Below, piece by piece: positions 19,896 through 31,756 of a DNA stretch of 64,000 bases (position 1 is its first letter; each line of letters begins with the position of its first letter). A program made the position numbers and the translations under genes. The notes beneath the pieces were generated by a model. It was not told the DNA's origin. It saw only the letters and a list, made by a program, of their open reading frames with translations, and did no database searches. This stretch comes from Leptonemataceae bacterium (lineage in GTDB: Bacteria; Spirochaetota; Leptospiria; Leptospirales; Leptonemataceae): the NCBI GenBank assembly GCA_965227295.1, contig OZ245742.1:4704001-4768000 (forward strand), in the 5' to 3' direction.

Positions 19896-20900
19896 ATGGC
19901 AGCCACGGAAATCGAATCGAACATCAGCTCCATCCGGGCCGGCGCTCTGACTGCCCTCGACGAGGCCGGTAACCAGGCCGAGCTGGAAGCGATCCACCAG
20001 CGCTATCTCGGCAAGAAAGGCGAGATGACGGCGGTGATGAAGGGCCTCAAAGATCTCTCCGACGAAGAGAAACGCTCCGCCGGTCGCGCGGCCCACGAGG
20101 CCCGCGCAGAAATCGAAGCCCGCTTTCAATCGGCGCAGGCAAAGATCAAAGCCCGGGCCCTCGAAGAACGCCTGGCCGGCGAACGTTACGACGCGCTTCA
20201 GCCCCTCCCCGATCGCCGGGGACATCTGCATCCCATCACCCGGCTGCAAATGGAAGTCGAGGACATCTTTCGGGGCATGGGCTTTTTGATTATGGACGGC
20301 CCGGAAGCGGAGACCGACGAGAACAACTTCGGTCGCCTGAACTTCTCGGACGATCATCCGGCGCGGGATATGCAGGACACCATCTGGACGGTGGACGGCA
20401 ATCTCATGCGCACGCATACGTCGTCGGTCCAGGTGCGTTCCATGCTCGAAGCCGGACTGGAGCCGCCGTTTCGCATGATCGCCCCGGGCCGCGTCTTTCG
20501 GTACGAAGAAACCGACGCCACCCACGAAAACACGTTTCACCAGGTCGAGGGCATGCTCGTGGATCGCGACGTGAGCGTGGCGCACGTGATCCACATTATG
20601 AAAACGTTTTTGTCCGAGATCTTCGAGCGCGACATCAACGTGCGTCTGCGGCCGGGCTACTTCCCGTTCGTGGAGCCGGGCTTTGAACTGGACTATCAAC
20701 GCGAGGACGGTTCGTGGCTGGAACTGTTGCCGTGCGGTCTCGTGCATCCGAACGTGTTGCGCGCCGGCGGCATCGATCCGGAGCAATGGAGCGGCTTCGC
20801 CTTCGGCCTGGGTCTGGACCGTCTGGTGATGATGCGCTACGGCATCGAGGACATCCGGCATTTTCTGAGCGGGAATCTGCGGTTCTTGCAACAGTTTTAA
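19896..20900 (+). CDS. pheS: Phenylalanine-tRNA ligase alpha subunit
   Basis: HPARDMQDT, RTHTSSVQ, PGRVFR, FHQVEG, YFPFVEPG, GFAFGLGLDRL. Confidence 0.97.
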   Translation: MAATEIESNISSIRAGALTALDEAGNQAELEAIHQRYLGKKGEMTAVMKGLKDLSDEEKRSAGRAAHEARAEIEARFQSAQAKIKARALEERLAGERYDALQPLPDRRGHLHPITRLQMEVEDIFRGMGFLIMDGPEAETDENNFGRLNFSDDHPARDMQDTIWTVDGNLMRTHTSSVQVRSMLEAGLEPPFRMIAPGRVFRYEETDATHENTFHQVEGMLVDRDVSVAHVIHIMKTFLSEIFERDINVRLRPGYFPFVEPGFELDYQREDGSWLELLPCGLVHPNVLRAGGIDPEQWSGFAFGLGLDRLVMMRYGIEDIRHFLSGNLRFLQQF

Positions 20901-20907
20901 GGGATGG

Positions 20908-20951
20908 ACTCCGAGGACCGAGGACCGAGGTACCGAGGGAAGATTTGGGAG
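20908..20951. repeat. Single arm of ACTCCGAGGACCGAG repeat family with tandem CCGAGG units
   Basis: ACTCCGAGGACCGAGGACCGAGGTACCGAGGGAAGATTTGGGAG; closely matches the reverse complement of 43070-43106. Confidence 0.85.
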
Positions 20952-21011
20952 AGTTGTTTGGGTGGGCGGATTGGTTCGTGATTTGAGTCTTCGCGTGAGG
21001 GATGTGCAGGG

Positions 21012-21084
21012 TGGCGCGTAGCGCCAGTCCGAAGCGAAGCGCAGCCCGGAGCAGCCCGACCCGAGCGCAGCGAGGGGCACGCCC
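21012..21084. repeat. Second REP-like GC-rich element in the pheS-pheT spacer
   Basis: TGGCGCGTAGCGCCA hairpin followed by GCGAAGCGCAGCCCGGAGCAGCCCGACCCGAGCGCAGCGAGGGGCACGCCC with internal GCAGCCCG duplication; single copy in window. Confidence 0.45.
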
Positions 21085-21157
21085 AAAAAAATCTTAATTT
21101 ATATTCGCTTACACTTAGATTCGACGCCGTCTGCGAACCACAGGCGCATTAGTTATT

Positions 21158-23743
21158 ATGAAGTTATCCTTAAACTGGCTCAATGATTACGTAAACCTCC
21201 GCGACCTGGACGTCGCGGAACTCGTGGAACGGCTGACGCTTTCCGTCTGCGAAGTCGAAGGCGTGGAGCACGTCTTCGAAAACCTGGACCGCGTCTACGT
21301 CGCCGAAGTACTCAAAGTCGACAAACATCCCGGCGCGGATCGGCTGTCGCTCTGCGAAGTTCGCAACGGTGAGAAGCTGCACAAGATCGTCTGCGGCGCG
21401 AAGAACGTGCGCGCGGGCATGTTCGTGCCCCTGGCGGTGGTCGGCGCGAAAGTAAAGTCCCGCACCGGCGATCCCATGGAAATCCAGCCCGCGAAGATTC
21501 GCGGCGTGGCCTCGAACGGCATGCTCTGTGCACCGGCGGAACTGGGACTCGAAGGCATCGCCGGCGAGGTGGACGGGCTCCTGGATTTGCAGACGTTACC
21601 GGGCCTGGAGCAGCCGATCAGCGGCACGCCCCTGACGGACGCCCTGCCCCTCAAAGATACGATTCTGGACATAGACAATAAGTCGATCACGCATCGGGCG
21701 GACCTGTGGTCGCACTTCGGCTTCGCCCGGGAGATCGCCGCGATCTACGGACGCAAGTTGAAGTACAATCCGCTTAATGATCGCAACAAGAAAGTTAAGA
21801 TTAAGACCAACGCGAAGCTGCCTTCGAAGAAGATCGAAATCGAAAAAGGGGCCGCGAAGGCCTACTTCGGCCGCCACGTGGCCGGCGTAGAGATCACGGC
21901 TTCGCCGCTGTGGATGCAGGCGCGGCTCATGAACGTCGGCCAGCGTCCCATCAATAACGTCGTCGACGCCTCAAACTACGTCATGCTGGAACTCGGCCAG
22001 CCCAATCACACCTTCGACGCGCGCACGCTGAAAGACAGCGTCGTGCTCGTCGGCACAAACGGCAAATCGGCAAAAGTTAAGAAGTTCCAGACGCTGGACG
22101 GTGAGGAGCGCGAAATTCCCGACGGCACCATTCTGATCTTCGACGGCAAAGACGGCAAACGCCCCGTGGCCCTGGGCGGCATCATGGGCGGCGAAGAATC
22201 CGGCGTAAGCGACGATACCGGCGAACTCTTTCTGGAATCGGCGACGTTCCCGCGGGAATTGATTCGCCCGGCCATCGCAAAGATCGGCCTGCGCACGGAC
22301 TCGGCCCAGCGTTTCGAAAAGGGCCAGGATCCGGCCCAGGCGGAACCGGCCCTCGATCGTCTGGTGGAACTGCTCGCGCTCAGTTGTCCGCAACTGGAAC
22401 AGGGCAAGACCACCGGCAGCGCGCCGGAAAAAGCGCGCAAGAATACCGTGAACGTATCTCTGGATTTCCTGCGTCGGCGCCTGGGCTTCGATATCGATGC
22501 CGGCCTCGTGCAGGATATTCTGGGGCGGCTCCATTTCGACGTAACGGTCTCGGGCGGCTCCGCGAAAAAGAAGAAAGCTGCTAAGAAAAAGTCCGCAAAA
22601 GTTAAGAGCGGCCCGGGCGACGTGAAGTTCAAGATCACCGCACCGACGTATCGTTCCCAGTACGATATCTCCATTCCCGAGGACATCGTCGAAGAGATCG
22701 GCCGGGTCTACGGCTACGACAACATCGCACCGCAACCGCCGGCTGCGGTGGTGAAACCGGCCCCGCGCAATCGTGAGCGTACCTTTACGAACAGTCTCAA
22801 ACGCACGGCCGCGGCCGCGGGCGGTTTCAGCGAGACCTTCGGTTATTCCTTCGCCGGCACGGCGGACAACGAGGCCTTTCGCCCGGCCCGGGATACGGCG
22901 GCGTTGCCCCTGGCGAATCCGGTGTTCGCCGATCGTCCGGAGTTGCGCCTGTCCCAGTTGCCCGGCCTGTTGCACCAGGCGGCCGGCAATCAGGACCGTT
23001 TCGACGACGTTCGCCTCTTCGAGGTCGGTCGCATCTATTTTAAGAAACCCGCCGACGTACGCAAGCCGGTGCTTGCCGCAGAAAACAAACGCGCTTCGTT
23101 CGTCCACCTTCCGGCGGGCGAGTCCGACTCGAAGGACAAAAGCCTCGACGCGCGCCCGGAGCTCGAGGCCCTGCTGGACTTCCGCCGCTGGTTTGGCGAC
23201 TTCCTGTCCGAACACTGCGGCGGCGGACGTTTCGTCCTCGCGGAAAGCCTGGACCAGGGCGCGCCCGGCTGGTTGCATCCCGGCGCTGCCCTGGCAATCG
23301 TAAACGGCGACGGTGCGCTTCTCGGCCATGCCGGACTGCTGCATCCACTAGCTTCTGATTACTATGAGTTAAAGCGCCCGGCAATCGTTGCGGATCTGGA
23401 TATGGAGGCGCTCTTCGCGGCCGGCGAGGCGGCGCGCCACGTCATTACGTATGCGCCGCCGTCGATCTTTCCGGACTCGCTGTTCGAGTTCACGGTCGTG
23501 ATGGACGAGCAACAGGGCACGCATGTGCCGGTGGATTTGATCAAGGAACTGGCGTTGCCGGAAATTCGGGCCGTGCGTTTTCTCACGGTCTTCCGGGGCG
23601 GTACGCTGCCCGAGGGGAAAAAGTCCGCCAGTTACGAAGTCCGGGCGGCGCGAGACGGCGGCACGCTCACCGGTGAGGAGCTACAGCAGTTGCTGGCCAA
23701 AATCATTGAGAAGATGGAAGCGGCCGGGCTCCCGCTCCGGTGA
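21158..23743 (+). CDS. pheT: Phenylalanine-tRNA ligase beta subunit
   Basis: MKLSLNWL, HPGADRL, IVCGAKNV, SNGMLC, INNVVDASNY, RFEKG, EDIVEEIGRVYGY, C-terminal FDX-ACB. Confidence 0.97.
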   Translation: MKLSLNWLNDYVNLRDLDVAELVERLTLSVCEVEGVEHVFENLDRVYVAEVLKVDKHPGADRLSLCEVRNGEKLHKIVCGAKNVRAGMFVPLAVVGAKVKSRTGDPMEIQPAKIRGVASNGMLCAPAELGLEGIAGEVDGLLDLQTLPGLEQPISGTPLTDALPLKDTILDIDNKSITHRADLWSHFGFAREIAAIYGRKLKYNPLNDRNKKVKIKTNAKLPSKKIEIEKGAAKAYFGRHVAGVEITASPLWMQARLMNVGQRPINNVVDASNYVMLELGQPNHTFDARTLKDSVVLVGTNGKSAKVKKFQTLDGEEREIPDGTILIFDGKDGKRPVALGGIMGGEESGVSDDTGELFLESATFPRELIRPAIAKIGLRTDSAQRFEKGQDPAQAEPALDRLVELLALSCPQLEQGKTTGSAPEKARKNTVNVSLDFLRRRLGFDIDAGLVQDILGRLHFDVTVSGGSAKKKKAAKKKSAKVKSGPGDVKFKITAPTYRSQYDISIPEDIVEEIGRVYGYDNIAPQPPAAVVKPAPRNRERTFTNSLKRTAAAAGGFSETFGYSFAGTADNEAFRPARDTAALPLANPVFADRPELRLSQLPGLLHQAAGNQDRFDDVRLFEVGRIYFKKPADVRKPVLAAENKRASFVHLPAGESDSKDKSLDARPELEALLDFRRWFGDFLSEHCGGGRFVLAESLDQGAPGWLHPGAALAIVNGDGALLGHAGLLHPLASDYYELKRPAIVADLDMEALFAAGEAARHVITYAPPSIFPDSLFEFTVVMDEQQGTHVPVDLIKELALPEIRAVRFLTVFRGGTLPEGKKSASYEVRAARDGGTLTGEELQQLLAKIIEKMEAAGLPLR

Positions 23744-23764
23744 ACGCGGCGGGGAGAAGGATTG

Positions 23765-23873
23765 ACTCCGAGGACCGAGATACCGAGGTTTTTCGGAAGA
23801 GTGATCTGAACCTGAAACGCGTCCCGGTCAACTAAGCTCTCGGTGCTTCCCTCTGTGCCTCGGTCCTCGGAGT
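23765..23873. repeat. REP/MITE-like element with ACTCCGAGGACCGAG terminal inverted repeats
   Basis: ACTCCGAGGACCGAG ... CTCGGTCCTCGGAGT (15-bp perfect IR) between convergent pheT and phasin-like genes. Confidence 0.88.
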
Positions 23874-23889
23874 AAAATTCGTCTGTGCG

Positions 23890-24345
23890 TTACGCTTCGC
23901 CGCCGGGTGCTTTCGGCTTCGTCGCCTTCGACGCGGTTTCTTTTACGCTGTCGGCGAAACCCTGGGCCTGCGCCGTAACGTCGTCCGCTTTCTCTTTGAC
24001 GAACTTTGCGAGTTCTTCAAAGCGGGCGTTCACGTCCTTGATGCGCTCGTCGCCGATGACTCCCTGGACCTGCTCCAGCAGTTGCGCGTAGTTCTTCTCG
24101 GCCTCGGCGAGGATCTTGTTGAAGTTCTGTTCCGCCTGGGTCGAGACGTCCTTCACCCCGCGGATGGTGTTCTCAAGGGCCTCGCGGACCTTCTGCGCGG
24201 ATTCGGAACCGTCGGCGGCTCCGCGCTGTTTGAGTTCTTCGAAGGTTTTACCCACGGCTTCCAGGGCCGCCTGAAAATTCTTCTCGCCTTCTTTAAAGAG
24301 GCCGATCCCGGCGTTCAAAATATCCTGTAAATTTTTTTCCAGCAT
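23890..24345 (-). CDS. Phasin-related coiled-coil protein
   Basis: MLEKNLQDILNAGIGLFK...FEELKQRGAAD; amphipathic helical; RBS AGGAG before ATG 24345. Confidence 0.7.
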   Translation of the reverse strand: MLEKNLQDILNAGIGLFKEGEKNFQAALEAVGKTFEELKQRGAADGSESAQKVREALENTIRGVKDVSTQAEQNFNKILAEAEKNYAQLLEQVQGVIGDERIKDVNARFEELAKFVKEKADDVTAQAQGFADSVKETASKATKPKAPGGEA

Positions 24346-24725
24346 GCGTATCTCCTGGCGCGCTATCTGTATGCGGCCGGAGCCGGGGCGCGCCTGTTGC
24401 AGTGCACGAATTATAGTGCACCGCATAAATCATGCAAGGAATTTTTTTCCCAAAAGGCGGCATTCACAGAAAACATGAAGATCGTCACCGGACCGTAGAT
24501 CAGCGCTCCCCCGAAACAGGTGCCGACAGTGCTCGGGAGCGGCAGTGGGTTGTTTTGCCCCCGGGCCGGGGCCCGACAGATTTCGTCCGGGGTGAGTTGC
24601 GTCAGACTGAGCCCTCATCGCGGCCCGGGAGCCACAATCGTCTTGACATAATTTGCGGAATTTCCACGTCTGACTATTTCCGTTTTTAGACGGTGTCCCT
24701 ATCATTCAGGGAACGGAACGGCAAT

Positions 24726-25073
24726 ATGGACAAACAGAAGCTCGAAAGATACAAATCGAAGCTCCTTGAGGCCCGGGAAGAAATCCTCAAGGAACTGGAA
24801 CTGGAACGCGAGTACATGATCTACAACGATCAGGGCGACGTCGTGGACATCGCCGATAAGGTTATGAACAACGAGGTCCTCAGCAAGTTGTCCGATCTTG
24901 ACACCGAGAAACTGGAAGAGATCCACCTCGCCCTCGACAAAATCGAGAAAGGCGAGTACGGCATCTGCGAGGGAACCGGGAAAAAGATTCCCGAGGCCCG
25001 CCTGAATGCGATTCCATGGGCCCGTTACACCATTGAGCACGCCGAAATCATGGAGCGCAGCAACCGTCGCTGA
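24726..25073 (+). CDS. dksA: DksA/TraR family transcription factor (one-Cys type)
   Basis: Coiled coil with D..D.A tip (GDVVDIAD); ALDKIEKGEYGICEGTGKKIPEARLNAIPWARYT. Confidence 0.9.
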   Translation: MDKQKLERYKSKLLEAREEILKELELEREYMIYNDQGDVVDIADKVMNNEVLSKLSDLDTEKLEEIHLALDKIEKGEYGICEGTGKKIPEARLNAIPWARYTIEHAEIMERSNRR

Positions 25074-25162
25074 GCTCCCCCGCACCCCGATCGAAATTTG
25101 CTTTATTAAAGAAGGCTTTCCCCGGATCATGCATATTCCGGGGTTTTATGTCGCACGAGTGA

Positions 25163-27148
<1,986 letters not shown>

Positions 27149-27166
27149 GCCGGGACTAACGTCAAC

Positions 27167-29389
27167 TCAGTCCCGGTTTAAGAAATCCTCCAACGGCTCC
27201 GGGCGATGTATGCCGTAACCCTGCACGAAGTCCACACCCACCTCCTGGAGAAGCGCTACCTCTTCGGCGGCCTCGACGTGTTCGGCCACGGTTTCTTTGC
27301 CGATTGCCCGGCAAAGATCGCGGATGCTCGTAACCATCACCCGGTCCACCGCGTCGTTCTCCAGCAATCCGCGCACCAGAGTGCCGTCGATTTTCAACAA
27401 GTCCACGGGCAAATTGCGCAAATACGCAAACGAGGACAGGCCGGCACCGAAGTCGTCCAGGGCGAAACGACACCCCATTCGGCAGAGATCGCTCATGAAT
27501 ACACGTACAGCCTCCAGGTTGGAGACCGCCGCCGTCTCGGTGATTTCGAAGCACAGCTTCCGGGCCGCGTCGGGATGCCGGCCCACGATATCGCGGACGA
27601 AGTCCTGAAAACGCAAATCACTCACCGACGCCCCGGATAAATTCAGCGCCAAAAAGTCCAGCCCGGCAACGCGTTCGTCGCCTTCCAGAACGGTAAGTAC
27701 CTGTCGAATGACCTCTTGATCGAGGCGGAACATCATTTCGAAGCTCTCGACGGCCGGAATGAATTGCGCCGCCGGAATCGTCCCGTGGCCGTCCTCGGCA
27801 TGGAGGCGCGACAGGATTTCTCCGCAACGCAGGTTCTCACCGTCACGATTCGCACGCCGAATTTCCTGACAGTACAACAACAGATTCCCGTCCGCGATGG
27901 CCCGGTTCACGGTTGCCACCCGGCCCAAATACTGCTCGCGCAAATGCATGCGTTCGTCGTCCGGCCGGTAGATTTGAATGCGATCCCGCCCGCTGTCTTT
28001 CGCGGCGAAACACGCGAGATCGGCGTCACGCAGCAACCGGGCGAAACCTTCGGTGCCGGAGTGAATCTCCACAAGGCCCGCACTCATGCCGATTTGAAAG
28101 ACGCGCTCCTCCCAGGGAAAGCGGAACGCTCGCAGTCGATTTTGAAACGCGTCCAGGATCTGCAGGGCCTGGTCGCTGTCCGTATTCTCCAGCAGTATGC
28201 CGAATTCGTCTCCGCCCAGGCGAGCGACAACGCCGCGCTCAGCAATGTGATCGCGCAACATGTACGCAAAGCGGCAGAGCAGCTCGTCGCCAGCCGTGTG
28301 GCCGCAACTGTCGTTCACGATCTTGAACTGATCCAGGTCGAGATACACCAGCACGCAGCGCACATCGCCTTCCCGGGCACGCTCCACGGCATCCTGTACT
28401 CGTTCCTTGAAGGCCGCCCGGTTCATAAGAGCCGTAAGCATGTCGTGATTCGCCTGAAACAGCAAGCGCTCCTGCAGCGAACGCAGTTCCGTAATATCTA
28501 CGGAACTGATGTTAGCATAGGCTACCTGGTCGTCCCGGTAGACCGGCCATACGGTATTTTGCGTGTATACCTTCTTTCCGTTGAGCACCACGTCGCTTTC
28601 GTAGCTGACCGTGACGCCCTCGTCGAAGACCCGGCGCAACGTATTCCGTAACATCTCGTGGCGGTCCTCCGGGTTGAAGTCGTAGATGGTGCGACCGATG
28701 ATTTCCTGCTTCGTGATGACCGGATCCGTGCGGTTGAGATAGATGATGCGACCGTCCCGCTCCAGGCAACCGATGTAGTGCGGCCAGTTTTCCAGCATGG
28801 CCCTTAAGTTCAGTTCACCTTCCCTTAATGCCTTCATGGTCTCCCGCTCGGCGGTGATATCGACAAACGTGACGATGGCGCCGCCGTCGGCCTCACCGGA
28901 ACCGGGCCAGGGAATGGCTCGATAGACGGCCCAGGAAGTGGAGCCGTCGGGACGACGCACGCCGAGGGTAACCGGGCCCTGGGCCTTTCCCGTCGCCAGG
29001 GCTCGACTCACGGGATAGTCTTCGACGGCGAAGGGTCGACCGTTCTCATCGATGGTCTCCGTACGAAAATCGGTGGTGTAGCGACTCGTCAGTTCGTCGT
29101 AGCTCAGCCCGAGGATGCGACAGGCCTCGGCGTTGGCGTAGATCACCTCGCCGTCCCGGGAGACCTGTACAATACCGCCGGGCATGGCTTCCACGGCACT
29201 GCGGTACAATTCCCGAGCGGCATCGCGTTCCTGTTCCAGTTCCTGGAGGCGGAGTTCCAGCTCCGCCGTGGATCTCTGCGGCAAGCGACTATCGGTTTTT
29301 TTTTCGGTATTGATGCTTTCGGCGCTATCCACGCTTTCCCCCGCGCGTGAAGTACCGAGCATATCAGACAATTTTAATTCGGCCACCAA
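27167..29389 (-). CDS. PAS-PAS-GGDEF-EAL diguanylate cyclase/phosphodiesterase
   Basis: Two PAS-like domains; HDMLT, DLDQFKIVND, RLGGDEF; EIL, FEITE, DDFGAG, KIDG, AEHVE, QGY; start uncertain (29389 or 29362). Confidence 0.93.
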   Translation of the reverse strand: MVAELKLSDMLGTSRAGESVDSAESINTEKKTDSRLPQRSTAELELRLQELEQERDAARELYRSAVEAMPGGIVQVSRDGEVIYANAEACRILGLSYDELTSRYTTDFRTETIDENGRPFAVEDYPVSRALATGKAQGPVTLGVRRPDGSTSWAVYRAIPWPGSGEADGGAIVTFVDITAERETMKALREGELNLRAMLENWPHYIGCLERDGRIIYLNRTDPVITKQEIIGRTIYDFNPEDRHEMLRNTLRRVFDEGVTVSYESDVVLNGKKVYTQNTVWPVYRDDQVAYANISSVDITELRSLQERLLFQANHDMLTALMNRAAFKERVQDAVERAREGDVRCVLVYLDLDQFKIVNDSCGHTAGDELLCRFAYMLRDHIAERGVVARLGGDEFGILLENTDSDQALQILDAFQNRLRAFRFPWEERVFQIGMSAGLVEIHSGTEGFARLLRDADLACFAAKDSGRDRIQIYRPDDERMHLREQYLGRVATVNRAIADGNLLLYCQEIRRANRDGENLRCGEILSRLHAEDGHGTIPAAQFIPAVESFEMMFRLDQEVIRQVLTVLEGDERVAGLDFLALNLSGASVSDLRFQDFVRDIVGRHPDAARKLCFEITETAAVSNLEAVRVFMSDLCRMGCRFALDDFGAGLSSFAYLRNLPVDLLKIDGTLVRGLLENDAVDRVMVTSIRDLCRAIGKETVAEHVEAAEEVALLQEVGVDFVQGYGIHRPEPLEDFLNRD

Positions 29390-29421
29390 AAATTGAGGCC
29401 CGAAAGAATCGTTAGTAAGGA

Positions 29422-31755
29422 TTATTTACTATTCGAATTGTTCAGTGGATCGAAGTACTTAATGAGAACGACCTGATTTCCACGATCATTGTAGCGCATG
29501 ACGTCGAATGCCGTTTCCGTCATGAGAATGCCGCGGCCGTGGGTGGCCAGCTCCTCGTCGAGTTCTTCCTGACTCCGCGAGCGCATTTTGTGGTGATCGA
29601 AGCCGTCACCTTCGTCACGGATCAGGAACAGGGCCCGGCGTGCCGAGAGGCTGTAGTAGACCTGAACCGTGCGCTGGCGGTAGCGCGGATCCAACTGGCG
29701 CTGGGCGATGAAGTCTTTGTAGTTGCCTTTCAAGATCTCCCGGGTCTTGTCCTCGTAAGAGATGTTCAGGTTGCCGTGTTCGATGGCGTTGACGAGCATC
29801 TCCCGCAGACCGAAGCGGATCCCGGTGAGAACCTGGGAATCCAGGTACTTCGAAACGTTGCGCACCAAACGCTGGGACAATTCCTCGGCGGTGATCAGCG
29901 AGTTGCCGATGACGTAGCGCTGTCGTTCCCCGAGGAAGTAGCGGAGCAGATTGTCCTCCAGCACGCTGGAGGCCTTGCCCATAATCTCCACCTCGCCGTG
30001 GAGATTGATGTACTCCAGGCGCACGTGCATCTCCTTGGGTTCGGCGAGAAAGCTGGAACGGAACTGTACTTTCTGGAAGATCGGTTTGCGCGTGGAGGCG
30101 AACTCATCGAGGCGGGCCTGGAGTAGCCGCCGACTGTTTACGTCGGAACCTTCCTCGGGACCGATATAAATCAAATCCAGAATGGACATGCCGCGCAATC
30201 GCTCCGGACTCACACCCAGGATGCGATGCATGTTGCGATTGGATCGCGTAAAGCAGAACGAACTATCCAGGGTAAAGATGATGTCGCTGGATTCTTCGAT
30301 CAATGCGCGGTAACGTTCTTCGGAGTCCCGGATTTCCCGGTTCGCCTGGTTCAACTCGTCCACCCGGCGGCGCAACTCTTCGTTCAACGATTCCACCTGA
30401 TAGATGGCCGAGATGTACCGATTCGAAAGCACCGCGGCGATGCCGGTGACGAAGACCAGGAAGCCGAAGCGGGTCAGTCCGTCGTTGCGATACAAATACG
30501 CGGCGTCGATGACGTCGTAGATTACGGTTCCGGTGATGATGGCATAACCCACGAGGATGTTACCGGGCACACTGCGCAGGAGTACGTAGATCAAAGAGGG
30601 CCGGCCGCCGTCCCGGGACGCATGGCGTTGTTCCAGATACACCGCGCGAACGATGAAATAAATAAAGGCGACCAGGAACACCATAACCGTAGCCTGCCAC
30701 AAACTCAGAACGTCCTGCACGAACGGGATGGGCATGAGCGCCGCGGCCAGGACCAACACAATATGATAACCGGCGTTGATGCGATGAAAGCGGCCCGCGC
30801 GCCCCATGAGAATCGTTTCCAGGAACGCGTGGAAGAACGGCACGGTGAGAAAGAGCGCTCCCAGTTCCAGGCGATAGAGCACGTTCGCATGTTGCGTGAT
30901 GATGTCCCAGGCCATGCGATCCCGGGTAAAAAAGAACAGGAAGAGCGTGATTGCGAACAGGCCGAAGTGCAGACTGCTGCGTTCTTCACGGCGCATAAAG
31001 AAAAACAAAAGATGAAAGGCGCCCGTGAAAAGATAGAGAGAGATCAGCGCGATGTTAAACCGCCCCGCCACGGAAAGTTCCCGTTGCACGGAGGACGGTT
31101 GCACGGCCTGGGGAATGCCGATGGGCAGACCCGTCTGAATGGAAGCGGGATCCCCGGCTATGTGAAAGAACAGCACGTTGTTCTTCGCACGCAGAATGTT
31201 ATGTTCGATCAACGTGGTATATCCGCGGGCGTAGATCGGCAGTACGACGCGACCGCGATCGTCCCGGTGCATCTCCGCATCCACCAGCCGGCCGTTCACG
31301 AAGATTTCCCAGTTACGCCCGATGCTGCCCAGGTGCAGAACGTAGGCCGCCTCCTCCCGAAAGCCCGGGCCCATATCAAAGAACGTGACGAAGCTGAAGT
31401 CCTGCGCCGGAGGCGCGGGCATGGGTGACAGGAATGTGCGCCGGGATTCCGGAACGAGATCCAGGTTTACCACGCGCACGGTACGATTCCCGGTGGTACT
31501 GCCCGGAACCTTCTGCCATCCCGCAGGATCAAACGACTCACGGCCGCCGTCGGCAATCGCCCGCGCCGCGGCAGCATCGTAACCAGGACGCACGTAAAAG
31601 GGCAACGGCGTAAGATCCACCGCCCCGGAAGATTTTTCGGACACGACCGAAGAAGACACGGCGGAACCGCAACCGGCGAGACACGCGCAGAGAGCGGCGA
31701 TTGCGAGAACCGAACGCAACAACCGTCCGAGATTTCTAATTGTATGCGAGATCAT
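29422..31755 (-). CDS. 7TM-DISM membrane sensor with PAS and RsbW-like (HATPase) output domain
   Basis: Extracellular beta domain (WEIFVNG), ~7 TM helices, coiled coil, PAS (ESSDIIFTLD), EMLVNAIEHGN, DEGDGFD, HGRGI; no HisKA H-box seen. Confidence 0.82.
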   Translation of the reverse strand: MISHTIRNLGRLLRSVLAIAALCACLAGCGSAVSSSVVSEKSSGAVDLTPLPFYVRPGYDAAAARAIADGGRESFDPAGWQKVPGSTTGNRTVRVVNLDLVPESRRTFLSPMPAPPAQDFSFVTFFDMGPGFREEAAYVLHLGSIGRNWEIFVNGRLVDAEMHRDDRGRVVLPIYARGYTTLIEHNILRAKNNVLFFHIAGDPASIQTGLPIGIPQAVQPSSVQRELSVAGRFNIALISLYLFTGAFHLLFFFMRREERSSLHFGLFAITLFLFFFTRDRMAWDIITQHANVLYRLELGALFLTVPFFHAFLETILMGRAGRFHRINAGYHIVLVLAAALMPIPFVQDVLSLWQATVMVFLVAFIYFIVRAVYLEQRHASRDGGRPSLIYVLLRSVPGNILVGYAIITGTVIYDVIDAAYLYRNDGLTRFGFLVFVTGIAAVLSNRYISAIYQVESLNEELRRRVDELNQANREIRDSEERYRALIEESSDIIFTLDSSFCFTRSNRNMHRILGVSPERLRGMSILDLIYIGPEEGSDVNSRRLLQARLDEFASTRKPIFQKVQFRSSFLAEPKEMHVRLEYINLHGEVEIMGKASSVLEDNLLRYFLGERQRYVIGNSLITAEELSQRLVRNVSKYLDSQVLTGIRFGLREMLVNAIEHGNLNISYEDKTREILKGNYKDFIAQRQLDPRYRQRTVQVYYSLSARRALFLIRDEGDGFDHHKMRSRSQEELDEELATHGRGILMTETAFDVMRYNDRGNQVVLIKYFDPLNNSNSK

Positions 31756-31756
31756 G

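Noticed and set aside
19737..21086. 514-aa ORF apparently extending rpmF upstream
   Set aside because: Only the last 64 codons are L32; the rest is antisense to pheS
24570..24615. Hammerhead-like (minus strand CTGACG...CGAAA) or TPP-like (GGGGTG...CTGAG) motif
   Set aside because: Hammerhead core CUGANGA is not met and the stems do not fit; the TPP ACCUGAU motif is absent
24643..24675. TTGACA as the dksA -35 element
   Set aside because: No credible -10 hexamer at 16-18 nt spacing
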